A DNA stretch of 64,000 nt, from contig CAVZJV010000014.1 of NCBI GenBank assembly GCA_963775685.1, positions 1-64,000 of the forward strand. Direction: 5' to 3'. The notes under the pieces were generated by a model, which saw nothing but the letters and a program-made list of their open reading frames with translations, did no database searches and was not told the DNA's origin. How positions within the stretch are numbered: the stretch's first letter is position 1; each line of letters starts with the position of its first letter. Shown here one piece after another: positions 30,045 through 39,873 of the stretch. Made by a program: the position numbers and the translations under genes. The stretch comes from Candidatus Bathyarchaeota archaeon. GTDB lineage: Archaea > Thermoproteota > Bathyarchaeia > Bathyarchaeales > Bathycorpusculaceae.

Positions 30045-30546
30045 GCGTCTTGTAGTAGATTCGTCAGTTCTCATATTCTATGATAGAAAGAGGAAATTAG
30101 AGGATTTCTTGCAGGCGAAAAAGAAAGAAAACTATAAAGTCATAATTCCAAAAGCGATAGCACAGGAAGTCGTTGATGAACCAAAAGAGTTTGCAAGAGA
30201 AATCAAACAAACAGCTCCCGAATCCGCAAAGCAAATACTTGATTCTGTGAAAAGGTTCAACACTGCCATTGAACAAGGACTTATCCAAGTAGAAAATGTG
30301 AATTATAGAGAATATTCGAAAGTAATAGATAACGTTAGAAAACACTTAAGCAGGCTCGATGCTACTCCGGAATACGCGGTAAAGAAGGGCGACCCAGAAC
30401 TCATAGCGCTTGTTATTCAACTCTACGGTGAAGCTAAAGAGAAGGTCTTTGTTGCAACATTGGATAAGGGGTTGCTAAAGGCGCTCAAGCCATTTGGAGG
30501 CTTAGTTGATTACGAAGTCATGGTCCAAAATTCCATCCATAAATGA
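30037..30546 (+). CDS. PIN-domain (VapC-like) toxin
   Basis: VVDSSVLI...IPKAIAQE...GDPELIAL...ATLDKGL; overlaps the antitoxin. Confidence 0.8.
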   Translation: MPKRLVVDSSVLIFYDRKRKLEDFLQAKKKENYKVIIPKAIAQEVVDEPKEFAREIKQTAPESAKQILDSVKRFNTAIEQGLIQVENVNYREYSKVIDNVRKHLSRLDATPEYAVKKGDPELIALVIQLYGEAKEKVFVATLDKGLLKALKPFGGLVDYEVMVQNSIHK

Positions 30547-30640
30547 AATTAAGAGCATTATTTCGATCTAATTTAGCGCTGTGGGACCATGTGATTTGGG
30601 TCGCTGATTGGGGTTTCCGCCATTTCGGCTTGGACTTGAG

Positions 30641-30908
30641 TCATGTTAACGGGGATTGCTTTAGCTGGGTTAAAGGGCGGCAAGGTAGGCCAGGACCAGT
30701 TTCGGTCGCGGTTATGCTTGGAATTTTTAATGGTGCCAAAGCATGCTGAGAATTAGCTAATGTTGCATTAGAGTTTGAGAACTGGATTAGGTCAAGCCCT
30801 AATGGCGTATTGGATTGTATTGATTGTGCGAGGACCGTTACAGTAAAGGCAGTGATAAATAAAATTACAAGCAAACTAGTTGCTATTATTTTCTTTATCT
30901 TTTTTCAC
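30641..30908 (-). pseudogene. N-terminal fragment of a secreted-protein gene
   Basis: Signal peptide KIIATSLLVILFITAFTVTVLAQ; extra A near 30903; truncated. Confidence 0.5.
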
Positions 30909-31248
30909 CTCTATACTCAAATCTCAATCGGCAAAATTACCGCTAAACTAAACTGTGATAAGCAATTTGAGTTTTTTCAAGTTATTTACTCCTTTGCAGT
31001 TTTATCATGAACCATAGGTTAACTGTTAATAGTCCCCAAAATAACCAAAAAGGTGTGTTCAAATACCAAAAAATACCTTGAACAGCCGAAAGGCTACCGT
31101 TGAAGTATGCATAATGTTGAGCACTAATTCCTATTGGACCCAATGACTAGTTATTAGAATTGTATTAGTGCCATTCATCGCATTCCAAATTGTGGCGTTA
31201 GAGTAAATAAAAAGCAAACTTAGGATAATATTTGTAACGATTAAATAT

Positions 31249-32154
31249 TTAACTATTTTTTGCGTGTTTCTCAACCTCCAAATATTGCTTGCCCTTTTTT
31301 TTGTTCAGCATTAATTTCAAGCGATGTCTGTTTGTGAATAAGGCAACTGAGACTATGACAGCACTTGCCATAGCAACAAGCAGTAAGTAAGGTAACCAGA
31401 CGGGTGAGATTGAAGCTTTAGTAGTCGATAAACTGGAGTCTATCAGTGATTGATCTACAGGCGCAGGCACAGGCGCCCAAGCGTATTTGATGCTAACATT
31501 TGAAGTAGCTCCCTCAACTATGAGTCCTGTGCCGTATGGAATCACTCCATCGGTAAAGTTCAAACTGGATGTGTTATAATCTGCTTGTTTGCCATCAATG
31601 CAAACCTCAACACCCAATGGCCAAGTGAACGTTCCATTAATGGTATCTTGAGAAGGCTCTGTCCAATTTGCCCGATTGAACCGGATTCTAATAATTTGCT
31701 CTCCAATACCAGCTACTGTGTAATTTAGCCAGCCCTCTGTTAACCATGAACCCCTATTCTGGTTGTCACTTCCATCTGGGGTTAGAAGCCGTTCGAAACT
31801 GGTTATAGTGATATTGCTGTCTTGTGTTGTTATGTTTAGGTTTGCGGTTGTTGGGCTGTCAGAGAGGATATCGGCGTGTTGTGGGTCAAGTTGTAGGTGA
31901 GTAAAAACCCATGTGTCATCGACGAGAGTGGCGTTACTATAATATCCTGTCTCGTTGAAACATATGGTGCCGTTTGTTGTCGGGATGGTAAATTGGGTTT
32001 CTGACGTGAACGCCATCGAAGTTGCGATGCTTGTAAATATGTTGGTTTCGTACGCTTTTATGGGAAAGAAGACATACGACAATGCTAAGATTACACAAAG
32101 TGCTACAATGATATTTCTGCATTTCATTGTTGTTACCTCTTGCTTTTGACACAA
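31249..32154 (-). CDS. membrane-anchored surface protein
   Basis: Signal peptide, sequons, C-terminal TM plus basic tail. Confidence 0.85.
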   Translation of the reverse strand: MCQKQEVTTMKCRNIIVALCVILALSYVFFPIKAYETNIFTSIATSMAFTSETQFTIPTTNGTICFNETGYYSNATLVDDTWVFTHLQLDPQHADILSDSPTTANLNITTQDSNITITSFERLLTPDGSDNQNRGSWLTEGWLNYTVAGIGEQIIRIRFNRANWTEPSQDTINGTFTWPLGVEVCIDGKQADYNTSSLNFTDGVIPYGTGLIVEGATSNVSIKYAWAPVPAPVDQSLIDSSLSTTKASISPVWLPYLLLVAMASAVIVSVALFTNRHRLKLMLNKKKGKQYLEVEKHAKNS

Positions 32155-32179
32155 TACACTGATGTGGGGCGGTACTTAA

Positions 32180-32216
32180 TGCGATGTTTTAGAACGAACT
32201 GTTCTTTTTTTAGAAC
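32180..32216 (-). promoter_or_regulatory. tandem palindromic operator (GTTCTA type)
   Basis: Minus strand gttcta-aaaa-aagaac-agttc-gttcta-aaac-atcgca-ttaagta. Confidence 0.7.
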
Positions 32217-32241
32217 ATGCTTTACTAGAGGAAGTCATTAT

Positions 32242-32574
32242 CTACCGATTAATTTCCTTCTTGAGGCTTCTTTCTGAAAATAACAAAAGAGCAGCAACTA
32301 TCGCAACTACTATAGCGGCAACAGCAAAAAGAATTGAAACTATATTGCCACTTAATGGGGTAGTTTGCGCCACTGGGGGTGATGTCGGCAAGGGCGTCAT
32401 TGTAGAATTAGGATTTGAGGTAGGTTGAGGGTTTGGGGGACCTTGCGAAGCATCTTGGGGCAAAAAACTTACCGATCCTGCAAGCAATAAGGCTAATGCG
32501 ATTGCAAGAATGGGCGCGAACAGCATTTTCTTTCGGAGCAGGCTCATAATTTCAACCTTACCTACGATACTCAT
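32242..32574 (-). CDS. small protein: signal/TM, P/T-rich linker, TM
   Basis: Two hydrophobic helices flanking a PT linker. Confidence 0.75.
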   Translation of the reverse strand: MSIVGKVEIMSLLRKKMLFAPILAIALALLLAGSVSFLPQDASQGPPNPQPTSNPNSTMTPLPTSPPVAQTTPLSGNIVSILFAVAAIVVAIVAALLLFSERSLKKEINR

Positions 32575-32618
32575 GAAAACACGCAGTCGGTTATTTAATG
32601 CTATATTTTATTGAAGGT

Positions 32619-32634
32619 GTTCTAATTTTCGAAC
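32619..32634. promoter_or_regulatory. palindromic operator gttcta-attt-tcgaac
   Basis: In the divergent intergenic region before the wHTH-TM regulator. Confidence 0.65.
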
Positions 32635-32705
32635 AGGCTACATGAGTAACTGTTGAGGGTAGCTCTTAAATTATTGTTGCGCTTTGTTTTGGCATGTGAA
32701 AGAGT

Positions 32706-33128
32706 TTGGTTGACGATGACCCCAAAGAAGTGCTAAGAGGAACTACTCTTGAAGTTTACCGTTTTCTGTTAAAAAGCAACAAGCCTATTGGAACAAGGGA
32801 ACTTCAAAGAGCTCTAAACCTTAGCAGTTCCTCGGTAGCCACGTACCATCTATCTAAACTTGAAGATGCCGGGCTTCTAAGAAAGGAGCCTGGCGGTTTC
32901 ACCGTTAGCAAATTCCTTTTGGAAAACAGCATCAAAATAAATCGTTTTCTAGTTCCAAGATACTTTTTTTATGCGATATTTGCCATAGCAATTCTCATAA
33001 TAGAATTGACAATTATGAAGCCGGCTGTTCTTTATCGTGAATACGTTTTTTCGTTGGTTGCAACCGTTATACTCACCTTTTTCTTTTGTTACGAAACACT
33101 AAAAACTTGGCGACGGGGCAATTTGTAA
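32706..33128 (+). CDS. membrane-anchored wHTH transcription regulator
   Basis: LRGTTL...PIGTRELQRALNLSSSSVATYHLSKLEDAGL plus 2 TM helices. Confidence 0.88.
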   Translation: MVDDDPKEVLRGTTLEVYRFLLKSNKPIGTRELQRALNLSSSSVATYHLSKLEDAGLLRKEPGGFTVSKFLLENSIKINRFLVPRYFFYAIFAIAILIIELTIMKPAVLYREYVFSLVATVILTFFFCYETLKTWRRGNL

Positions 33129-33162
33129 TAGATATCAGGTCACAGGCAAATATTACTAAACC

Positions 33163-34818
33163 CTACCTTCTATTTATCACTGAAGATCGCCGTCTCCTTT
33201 TTGCTCTAATGACAATGATAGTTACTGCGGCTATGATTGCGGCTGCAACTAATAGTCCGATTATAAGTGGAGTTGAAAAGGAAGTGGCTGACTGGTTCCA
33301 ATAGTATATTTGGCTGTATTTTTCAGTGATGTTATAGGCTGGGTCGTCATAGACTATGTCTAGTTTTGAGCCGTATTGCGCCAGTTTGTTTTGGAGCTGG
33401 TTCCAGATTTGCTGTGACGTATCATTTGGTTTCCACAATCCCCAAATCGTGTCGTTTGTATGCCTCATGCCCCATCCATAGTCTTGGGGTAAAACCAATG
33501 CTGCTTCACCTGTAATTCCGCCATGGACAACCTTGGGGTTTTGCACTACATCGTTCCAGAAGCGCTGGAGAGCTTGGAAATGCTCAGTCTGTAATGTTCC
33601 ATAGGGATCAGTCATGTTTTCAGCGTAATTAAAAACCACAACATACTGAGCGCCACACTCATAAGACAAGTGCATTTGATCATACATTTCATCTCCGCTG
33701 GGTAAATAGGGCGGCTGATTGTATTTCCAATCTATGATAGTGCCCCAATTTTTACCCTGCAAATTCGCCGATCCTCTTACAAGACCGATTTCTTGGGCAA
33801 CAGTATTATTCCAGCCTAATTCAGCAAAGACTGTATCATAGCCAATTTGGTAGTCCCACCAATAAAGAACATAGTCAGAAGTGAAAAGCTTAACGTCATC
33901 TCGATTAGCTATCCAATCTGTTGTCGCTTGCTGGTTTTTTAAATAAGACGCGGCTACTGCGGATAAATCATCCATTGTTTGGAATGGACGTGAATCCCAA
34001 AGTTGTCGGTAGGGTTCAAACTGGGAAATATTACCCATATCCGTCACCGCTACAAAAAAGGGTTTATTTAACAATTGGTTGAGAACAGTTCCAGTTGTTC
34101 TCCAAGAGTCATTATTTGCGTTCGGAGAGCTTGTTTGTTTGAGCACGGTTCCATTTGTCAAGTAAATCACATATTCATTGTTTTTTGCAAGAGCGATGGT
34201 TCCATTCGGAAAATAGTTAATCATCGTGTAATTGCCTGCCGCCAAGTCAGCATACTGTACATTAATCTGTCCTGAAAAGTCAGGACTATAAAGGAATGAT
34301 TTACTCGTCATGATTGAGCCAGAGGTTTGGCTGACGGTGAGGTCATGGCTGCTTACCGACACATTGCCTATATTGGGTACGTTATCCAAGCGCATGATTC
34401 CATCGAATGCTTTTCCGCTAGCTTCATCTCCATAGTATATTCCCAAGAAGTGGTTGCCCCATCGTTCCTGCGCTGTATCGATAAAGGCAGCGGTTTTATC
34501 CCTATTTGTCTCGTATGAACCGAAATAAACGATGATATCTAACCCTGATTTAACAGCATAATCGCAAGTTTTAACCAATTCGTCGATATTACCCTGTAGG
34601 GGACCTGAAGCTACAACAAACAGGTTAGTATAATCTTTAACTTTATCAATCAGTATTTTCGCATCGGCGGCGTTGTCCCCGCCGAACGTTACGCCAACAT
34701 GAAACGGCTGGCTATCTTGTGCGTTTGCATTACCTACGCTGTTAACTGCAAAAATATTTACTATAAAAATGGCTATTAAAAGCACTGCAAACGCCGAAAA
34801 TAGTTTTGCTCTTTTCAT
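33163..34818 (-). CDS. membrane-anchored surface protein, possible glycoside-hydrolase-like TIM barrel
   Basis: Signal peptide, FLGIYYGDE motif, C-terminal TM. Confidence 0.85.
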   Translation of the reverse strand: MKRAKLFSAFAVLLIAIFIVNIFAVNSVGNANAQDSQPFHVGVTFGGDNAADAKILIDKVKDYTNLFVVASGPLQGNIDELVKTCDYAVKSGLDIIVYFGSYETNRDKTAAFIDTAQERWGNHFLGIYYGDEASGKAFDGIMRLDNVPNIGNVSVSSHDLTVSQTSGSIMTSKSFLYSPDFSGQINVQYADLAAGNYTMINYFPNGTIALAKNNEYVIYLTNGTVLKQTSSPNANNDSWRTTGTVLNQLLNKPFFVAVTDMGNISQFEPYRQLWDSRPFQTMDDLSAVAASYLKNQQATTDWIANRDDVKLFTSDYVLYWWDYQIGYDTVFAELGWNNTVAQEIGLVRGSANLQGKNWGTIIDWKYNQPPYLPSGDEMYDQMHLSYECGAQYVVVFNYAENMTDPYGTLQTEHFQALQRFWNDVVQNPKVVHGGITGEAALVLPQDYGWGMRHTNDTIWGLWKPNDTSQQIWNQLQNKLAQYGSKLDIVYDDPAYNITEKYSQIYYWNQSATSFSTPLIIGLLVAAAIIAAVTIIVIRAKRRRRSSVINRR

Positions 34819-34907
34819 TCAACAGCTCTCCTTTAGCTTCTAATTACCGGTAAATACAGCATTAGGCTTCTTATTTTTATCCCTAATTCGAAGTGTTCTA
34901 ATCTTTA

Positions 34908-35882
34908 GTGCAGTCTTGGTTAAGAAACCTTGACGAATGCACTTATATCTTTAATGAGTGCCTAACAAATTGTAGAGATGATGATGTGAACAAGCATTGG
35001 GTTCTGCCAATCAGCCTTGCCTTTCTTTTGTCCATGGTTGCCACTATTCCAGTTATCAATGCACAATCAGTTGGCAATATAGTGATCAACTCCGACGGCG
35101 CCTTCACAGGGACAGATGCCATTAACCGCAAGGGTAACACCTACACTTTAACGGCAAACATTTCAGGCAACATACAAATTCAGAGGAGCAACATAATAGT
35201 AGACGGCGCAGGGTATTCGCTTAACCAAGGTGGAATAGACCTAACAAACGGAATAGGGCAAGACCCAACACGTTCTACCATTATCAATGTAACAATCGAA
35301 AACTTGTATGTCGAAAGCGGCAGCATAGGCACTAATGGGGGTGGAAATTACACTTTCTACGATGACTACATACCTTCTATCCAGTTTTTAGGAGACTGTA
35401 TTAACAATAACATAACTTTCTGCACCGTTGAAGCAGTATCATTTGATTACGGAGGAAACGCAACATTAACTGAAAATAACCTCGGTAGCGTCTTAGTATG
35501 GTTAAGCTTTGGCGGAGTTGCTGACAGAAACTATTGGAGTGATTATTTAACAAAATATTCTAATGCTACAGAAATAGACAGCACGGGAATAGGTAACACG
35601 CCCTATGTATATTCTATAGTAGAAACACAGACGCCCTTAATCTATAAGGACAATCATCCGTTAATGAAGCCAGTTGCAATTCCGTTGATGGGTTCAAATA
35701 CTTTAAGCCCATTAACCCCAACACCTACTATAACACAGCTTCCTACAGTTAATACTGGTGCAGAAACACCACAGACAGAGTCTATAATTATTGTCGCTAT
35801 TACCTTTGTAATCGCATTAGCGGTGGCTGCTGGTTTGTTTTACTATTTCAGGAAACAGAAGCATGGAGCTGTACAAGGATGA
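34908..35882 (+). CDS. NosD/beta-helix-like surface protein (likely start about 34986)
   Basis: IVINSDG...YTLTANI...IIVDGAGYSL; NYWSDY...GIGNTPY...DNHPLMKP; C-terminal TM. Confidence 0.85.
   Translation: MQSWLRNLDECTYIFNECLTNCRDDDVNKHWVLPISLAFLLSMVATIPVINAQSVGNIVINSDGAFTGTDAINRKGNTYTLTANISGNIQIQRSNIIVDGAGYSLNQGGIDLTNGIGQDPTRSTIINVTIENLYVESGSIGTNGGGNYTFYDDYIPSIQFLGDCINNNITFCTVEAVSFDYGGNATLTENNLGSVLVWLSFGGVADRNYWSDYLTKYSNATEIDSTGIGNTPYVYSIVETQTPLIYKDNHPLMKPVAIPLMGSNTLSPLTPTPTITQLPTVNTGAETPQTESIIIVAITFVIALAVAAGLFYYFRKQKHGAVQG
34919..34934. promoter_or_regulatory. palindrome gttaag-aaac-cttgac upstream of a TATA-like ttatat
   Basis: Matches the 21905 site, with the same 8-nt spacing to a TATA-like element. 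Confidence 0.65.
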
Positions 35883-36559
35883 AAAGAACAAAATTGGCGG
35901 TAATAGTCATTTTAGCGCTAGTAATTTCAGTGCCAGCGCTTCTACAAGTTAATTTGGTAAGAGCGCATTATTATCCACCGCCCTCCATTGAAATCTTTTC
36001 GCCAATCCCTGCTCCCGACGTTCATTCAACTGCATCTGTTCCACTTCAGGTTCGTGTTAACGTCTTAACAGACGACGCTGCCATTACTTTCATCCGTTAT
36101 AGTCTGGATGGAGGAGCCAACGTTACACTTACCGATTTAACAAGAGAAGACGGGCTTTATTATTGGACTACTACAAAAGGCGTTTTTGCACATGGCAATG
36201 CTTTCAGTACACAAGCCTCTTTGGACAACGTAGACGAAGGCAATCATACGCTTATCGTGTACTCGCACGCTGCTGATGGTAAAGAAATGTCGCGAACACG
36301 AGAGTTTAAAGTGGACTACAACTATGTGCCGCCTCAACTACCACCTTTAACATTGCCCAATGGCACATCAATGCAACCAGCGACTTCATCAGCCCAAACT
36401 GAAACACCCATAACAACAAACGCAGATAGTTTCCAACCCTTCGAAGACCCTGCATTATTCATAATTATAGCTTGCATTTCGGTATCGCTGTTAGCAGGAA
36501 TACTGTTCTTCAGAAAAAAACCTAAAGGTTTTATGAAATTGAAGGACAAAGAAAATTGA
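35879..36559 (+). CDS. Ig-like surface protein with C-terminal TM
   Basis: YSLDGGAN...EGNHTLIVY. Confidence 0.85.
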   Translation: MKRTKLAVIVILALVISVPALLQVNLVRAHYYPPPSIEIFSPIPAPDVHSTASVPLQVRVNVLTDDAAITFIRYSLDGGANVTLTDLTREDGLYYWTTTKGVFAHGNAFSTQASLDNVDEGNHTLIVYSHAADGKEMSRTREFKVDYNYVPPQLPPLTLPNGTSMQPATSSAQTETPITTNADSFQPFEDPALFIIIACISVSLLAGILFFRKKPKGFMKLKDKEN

Positions 36560-36582
36560 GTGTACCAAAACGTTGGTCGCTT

Positions 36583-36598
36583 GTTCTAAACTGTAGCA
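36583..36598 (+). promoter_or_regulatory. TATA-proximal GTTCTA-type site
   Basis: gttcta-aact-gtagca-ttaaata, like the second site at 32180. Confidence 0.5.
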
Positions 36599-36643
36599 TT
36601 AAATATCACTTTAAAGCTTAGATAGACTGGGAATGCCACCTAA

Positions 36644-37177
36644 ATGAAAATAACTCGAAAGCATACGCTATTACTAGTTGTTATTCTTTTAATTGCCCTT
36701 TTCTTAGTCTTAACCGTTTTTTTGGCGAGTAATCAACCAGTGGCCTCTTCTCCCCAATCAGAAGGTAGTGTCTATCTTCATTTTCCAAGTGATTACCAAG
36801 GAGGCGAAGAAACCAAGGCTTACTTGATTGACTCACAACTTTATTATGGAAATTACAACCAAAGCTTCACCCGCTCAGGCGCCACAGGCTCTTATTCTAT
36901 TAACAATGGCGATGCGTGCGTTATCATAAATGGAACAATTAGAAATGACTACTCCAAAGATTACTATTTCAGCATAACAGCAAATGTTTACAATTCTACA
37001 AACCAAAAAATCGGACCAATTCTTACCGCAAACTCGCCACAGCCAGGTTTCACCATTACTAAAGTGAGCAACAGTTCAATAGGAACATTTGAAATACAAA
37101 TACCATACGACAGAAAAGACATCGCAAACTACGACCTTCTTCTCGCATTCGAACCAACCGAAACCCCACCCCCTTAG
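36644..37177 (+). CDS. N-terminally anchored extracellular protein
   Basis: TM plus beta-sandwich (IINGTIRNDY). Confidence 0.8.
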   Translation: MKITRKHTLLLVVILLIALFLVLTVFLASNQPVASSPQSEGSVYLHFPSDYQGGEETKAYLIDSQLYYGNYNQSFTRSGATGSYSINNGDACVIINGTIRNDYSKDYYFSITANVYNSTNQKIGPILTANSPQPGFTITKVSNSSIGTFEIQIPYDRKDIANYDLLLAFEPTETPPP

Positions 37178-37298
37178 GAGATTTGACTTGAAAAGCCCAA
37201 GCGTCCAACCAAATAATGCAACTGTTAACGCGATTCCTATAGCGCTAGCAATAGTTACGGTTGCTGGTTTGTTGGCGTACTCCAAAAAACATAAGCCG

Positions 37299-37934
37299 AT
37301 GAAGTTAAGTGAGCTGAGTAAAGGTTTGGCTTTAGCTTTTGTTCTAACATTGGTTGTGTCAAGCCTAATGATGGTTGAATCTGCAGTCGCTCAGACACCT
37401 ACACCTGTTGCAACTTTGACACAGTCAGAACCAACTGTTTCTTTTGCTCTTTGGCATACAAATTCATCTGTTATTCAGCCACCAGCAGATGAACTTGAAC
37501 ATATTCCTCCAATCTGTGAAATAGTGTTTCCTGAAAATCAAACTGTGTTGCAAGCAAGCAACTTTACATTAACAGTAGATGTGGCTTCGTATTTTTGGAC
37601 GATTGATAGTGTTTATTACCAAGCGGATTGGCAAGACGGTATTCACCAGCTTTTTGGTATTCAGACTAATTATGTAAACTCATTAAACGCCTCAATTGTC
37701 GCAACGTTTCAACAGATTCCTTTCGGTAATCATACATTGACCGTTTATGCTAATACCCATGATAACTCCCATAGCAATGCCACAGTTACATTTTCAACCG
37801 AAAGGTTCACAGAAAAACCTCAGCCTTCTTCGTCTTTTTCCGTCGTAGCTGTTGTTGCTGTCATCTTAGTAGTTTTCGGAATAAGTGTAGGTTTTATGCT
37901 TTATAGAAGGCATCGAAAAACCGCTAACCCCTGA
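37299..37934 (+). CDS. Ig-like surface protein ending YRRHRKTANP
   Basis: Signal peptide from ATG 37299, GNHTLTVYAN, TM; the in-frame upstream part is a relic TM tail. Confidence 0.8.
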   Translation: MKLSELSKGLALAFVLTLVVSSLMMVESAVAQTPTPVATLTQSEPTVSFALWHTNSSVIQPPADELEHIPPICEIVFPENQTVLQASNFTLTVDVASYFWTIDSVYYQADWQDGIHQLFGIQTNYVNSLNASIVATFQQIPFGNHTLTVYANTHDNSHSNATVTFSTERFTEKPQPSSSFSVVAVVAVILVVFGISVGFMLYRRHRKTANP

Positions 37935-37981
37935 ATTAAGGCCTTTTCTCAATCAAATTTATAATCACCCAATCGCTTGCT

Positions 37982-38018
37982 GTTCTTTTAGCGGAACAGA
38001 TTGTTCTCTAAGGAGAGC
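37982..38018 (+). promoter_or_regulatory. tandem palindromic operator (GTTCTA type)
   Basis: gttctt-ttag-cggaac-agatt-gttctc-taag-gagagc-taaaa. Confidence 0.7.
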
Positions 38019-38093
38019 TAAAAGTAACTCTAGCATACTCTATTTTGAGCAGAAATAAAGAAAGCTCTGTAACTAAGGGGAAATGATGACTAA

Positions 38094-38546
38094 ATGAAAA
38101 CCAAAGTAAAAGTTTTAGCTATAATAATTTCAGCAATAGTCATAGCAACCATTGGATTTACTGTTGAATTTAGTGTTATACCAACCGAAACACAGTCTAT
38201 TTCTTCACTAATAACAACGCCAACGAAACCTATAACAAATAATGTGACAGTCTCAGGTTTAATTATTAGCCACGGCTTAACTGTCCCACCTACCGAAGTG
38301 CAATTCATAAACACAGAAACCCATGAGGTTTACAAAGCGCCAATAAGTCAGCCACAATATTCCTATGCTATATCTCTTCCAGTTAATCAAACGTATGGTA
38401 TAGAAGGCGACTGGAACGGCAGGACATTTAACGCTACTGGAATACCGATGGGTGCCATAACAATGAGATGTGACAATGGTTTACCAATTCTAAATCTATA
38501 CAACGCCAACAGCACAATGATACAAAATCTTGTCGTTGGGCAATAA
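38094..38546 (+). CDS. N-terminally anchored extracellular protein
   Basis: TM plus beta-rich domain. Confidence 0.75.
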   Translation: MKTKVKVLAIIISAIVIATIGFTVEFSVIPTETQSISSLITTPTKPITNNVTVSGLIISHGLTVPPTEVQFINTETHEVYKAPISQPQYSYAISLPVNQTYGIEGDWNGRTFNATGIPMGAITMRCDNGLPILNLYNANSTMIQNLVVGQ

Positions 38547-38882
38547 GAGTAAGTAAACCTTTTCCCACGGCTAGAATACACTTTCATTTTAAGGCATGCT
38601 GTTTAGTGGTCCCTTTGCCTGCGACTGGTGAAAAGCATATTTCTCTAATTATGGACGCAGTTGCGGAAAAAGCTCTCATCAGTCTCCAGCTTAATATCCC
38701 CTGTCTTGAGCTTCAGCGTTGACTATATGTTAATTCTTATAAAGTGGCTTGGTGATAGGCCTATTTTGTGTAGGCCGCTCTGTGGAAAGCGGTAAGTTTC
38801 AATCTCTTCCCGGGGCTGCGGGCTTGCTAGTTTACTTCAAGAAACGCAAATACTACAGTCAATAGCAAAGAAACAAAACAGA

Positions 38883-39111
38883 ACCCTTGGCATTCACCCG
38901 CTTATCCGCACGGATTCTACAGAGTATAACATGCGGCTGGCAGGAATGCTTTCTCCAAAGGAATGCGTCTCAAGTACAGTCGAGGCCTAATTAAAGATGA
39001 CAAAGTAATCTCAGGAGTGGACAAGAAAGAAGTATTCACCGCTTTATAATTGACCTGCCCTTTGCCACATGATCGCGAGATATTAGAAACAAACCTCTTT
39101 GGCAAAAATAG
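38883..39111 (+). pseudogene. PolX C-terminal remnant
   Basis: TLGIHPLIRTDSTEYNMRLAG / KGMRLKYSRGLIKD...EVFTAL*LTCPLPHDREI aligns with 54621..55205. Confidence 0.8.
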
Positions 39112-39134
39112 AACCCAAGCGACAACTGATTTGG

Positions 39135-39555
39135 TTAACGGTATTGTTTGGTCTTCTTGTATTCATCGTATTTGTAGAGGGTTTCGGATATTTGGCTGCG
39201 TATAAATTGCTCTGGACTGCGGAAAGGTGAACCCATTTCTTTTAGGGCTTCATCGAGCTCATCATACTGCTCACGAGAAACTTCTAGGAATTCGTTATCG
39301 TTTTTCAATCGTTCTAGTCGGTAGCGTATGGCATCACGGACAAAGTCCTCTTTGTTGGTGAAGCCTATGTCTTTGTTTTCTTCAATGAAGTTTTCCACTT
39401 TGGCAATGACTTCAGACGGAAGAATAACCGACTGCTGCTAGGAGAGCGTTTATAGCGTCTTGGTAAGTTTGCATTTTGTTAGTCTCAGCGGTGAGCTCGC
39501 CTAGGAGACCGGTTAGTTTGCTATGGATGTCGTCTGAGATTTTTATTGCTTTCAT
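39135..39555 (-). CDS. ribbon-helix-helix regulator, frameshifted near 39440
   Basis: MKAIKISDDIHSKL...TYQDAI / SVILPSE...FTNKEDFVRDAIR; homolog of 55695..56045. Confidence 0.75.
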
Positions 39556-39660
39556 GCCGTATTTCTCCTGTGAACAGAAGTATGATTAGTAGGATTAGAT
39601 TTATAAGGTTTCTCATAGTAACGGAGTTAACTAAGTTAACCATAAGGGGAATTGTGAGAA

Positions 39661-39873
39661 ATGAAAGCAAAAGTCGCCTTCACTATCGATCAAGAGGTTC
39701 TAAAAGAAATAGACGCCTTAAGGGACCTAGCAACGCGAAGCGCTTTCGCCAATGAAATCCTCAAACAAGGACTCAAAGCATACAAGGCAACTCATAAGCG
39801 ACCTAAGGCGCCATTTCCAGCCGTGACCTTTGATACGGCTGAGGAAACAGCGTTAGCGAGGGAGAGACCATGA
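39661..39873 (+). CDS. small CopG/RHH regulator
   Basis: VAFTIDQEVLKEID...TRSAFANEILKQGL. Confidence 0.8.
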   Translation: MKAKVAFTIDQEVLKEIDALRDLATRSAFANEILKQGLKAYKATHKRPKAPFPAVTFDTAEETALARERP

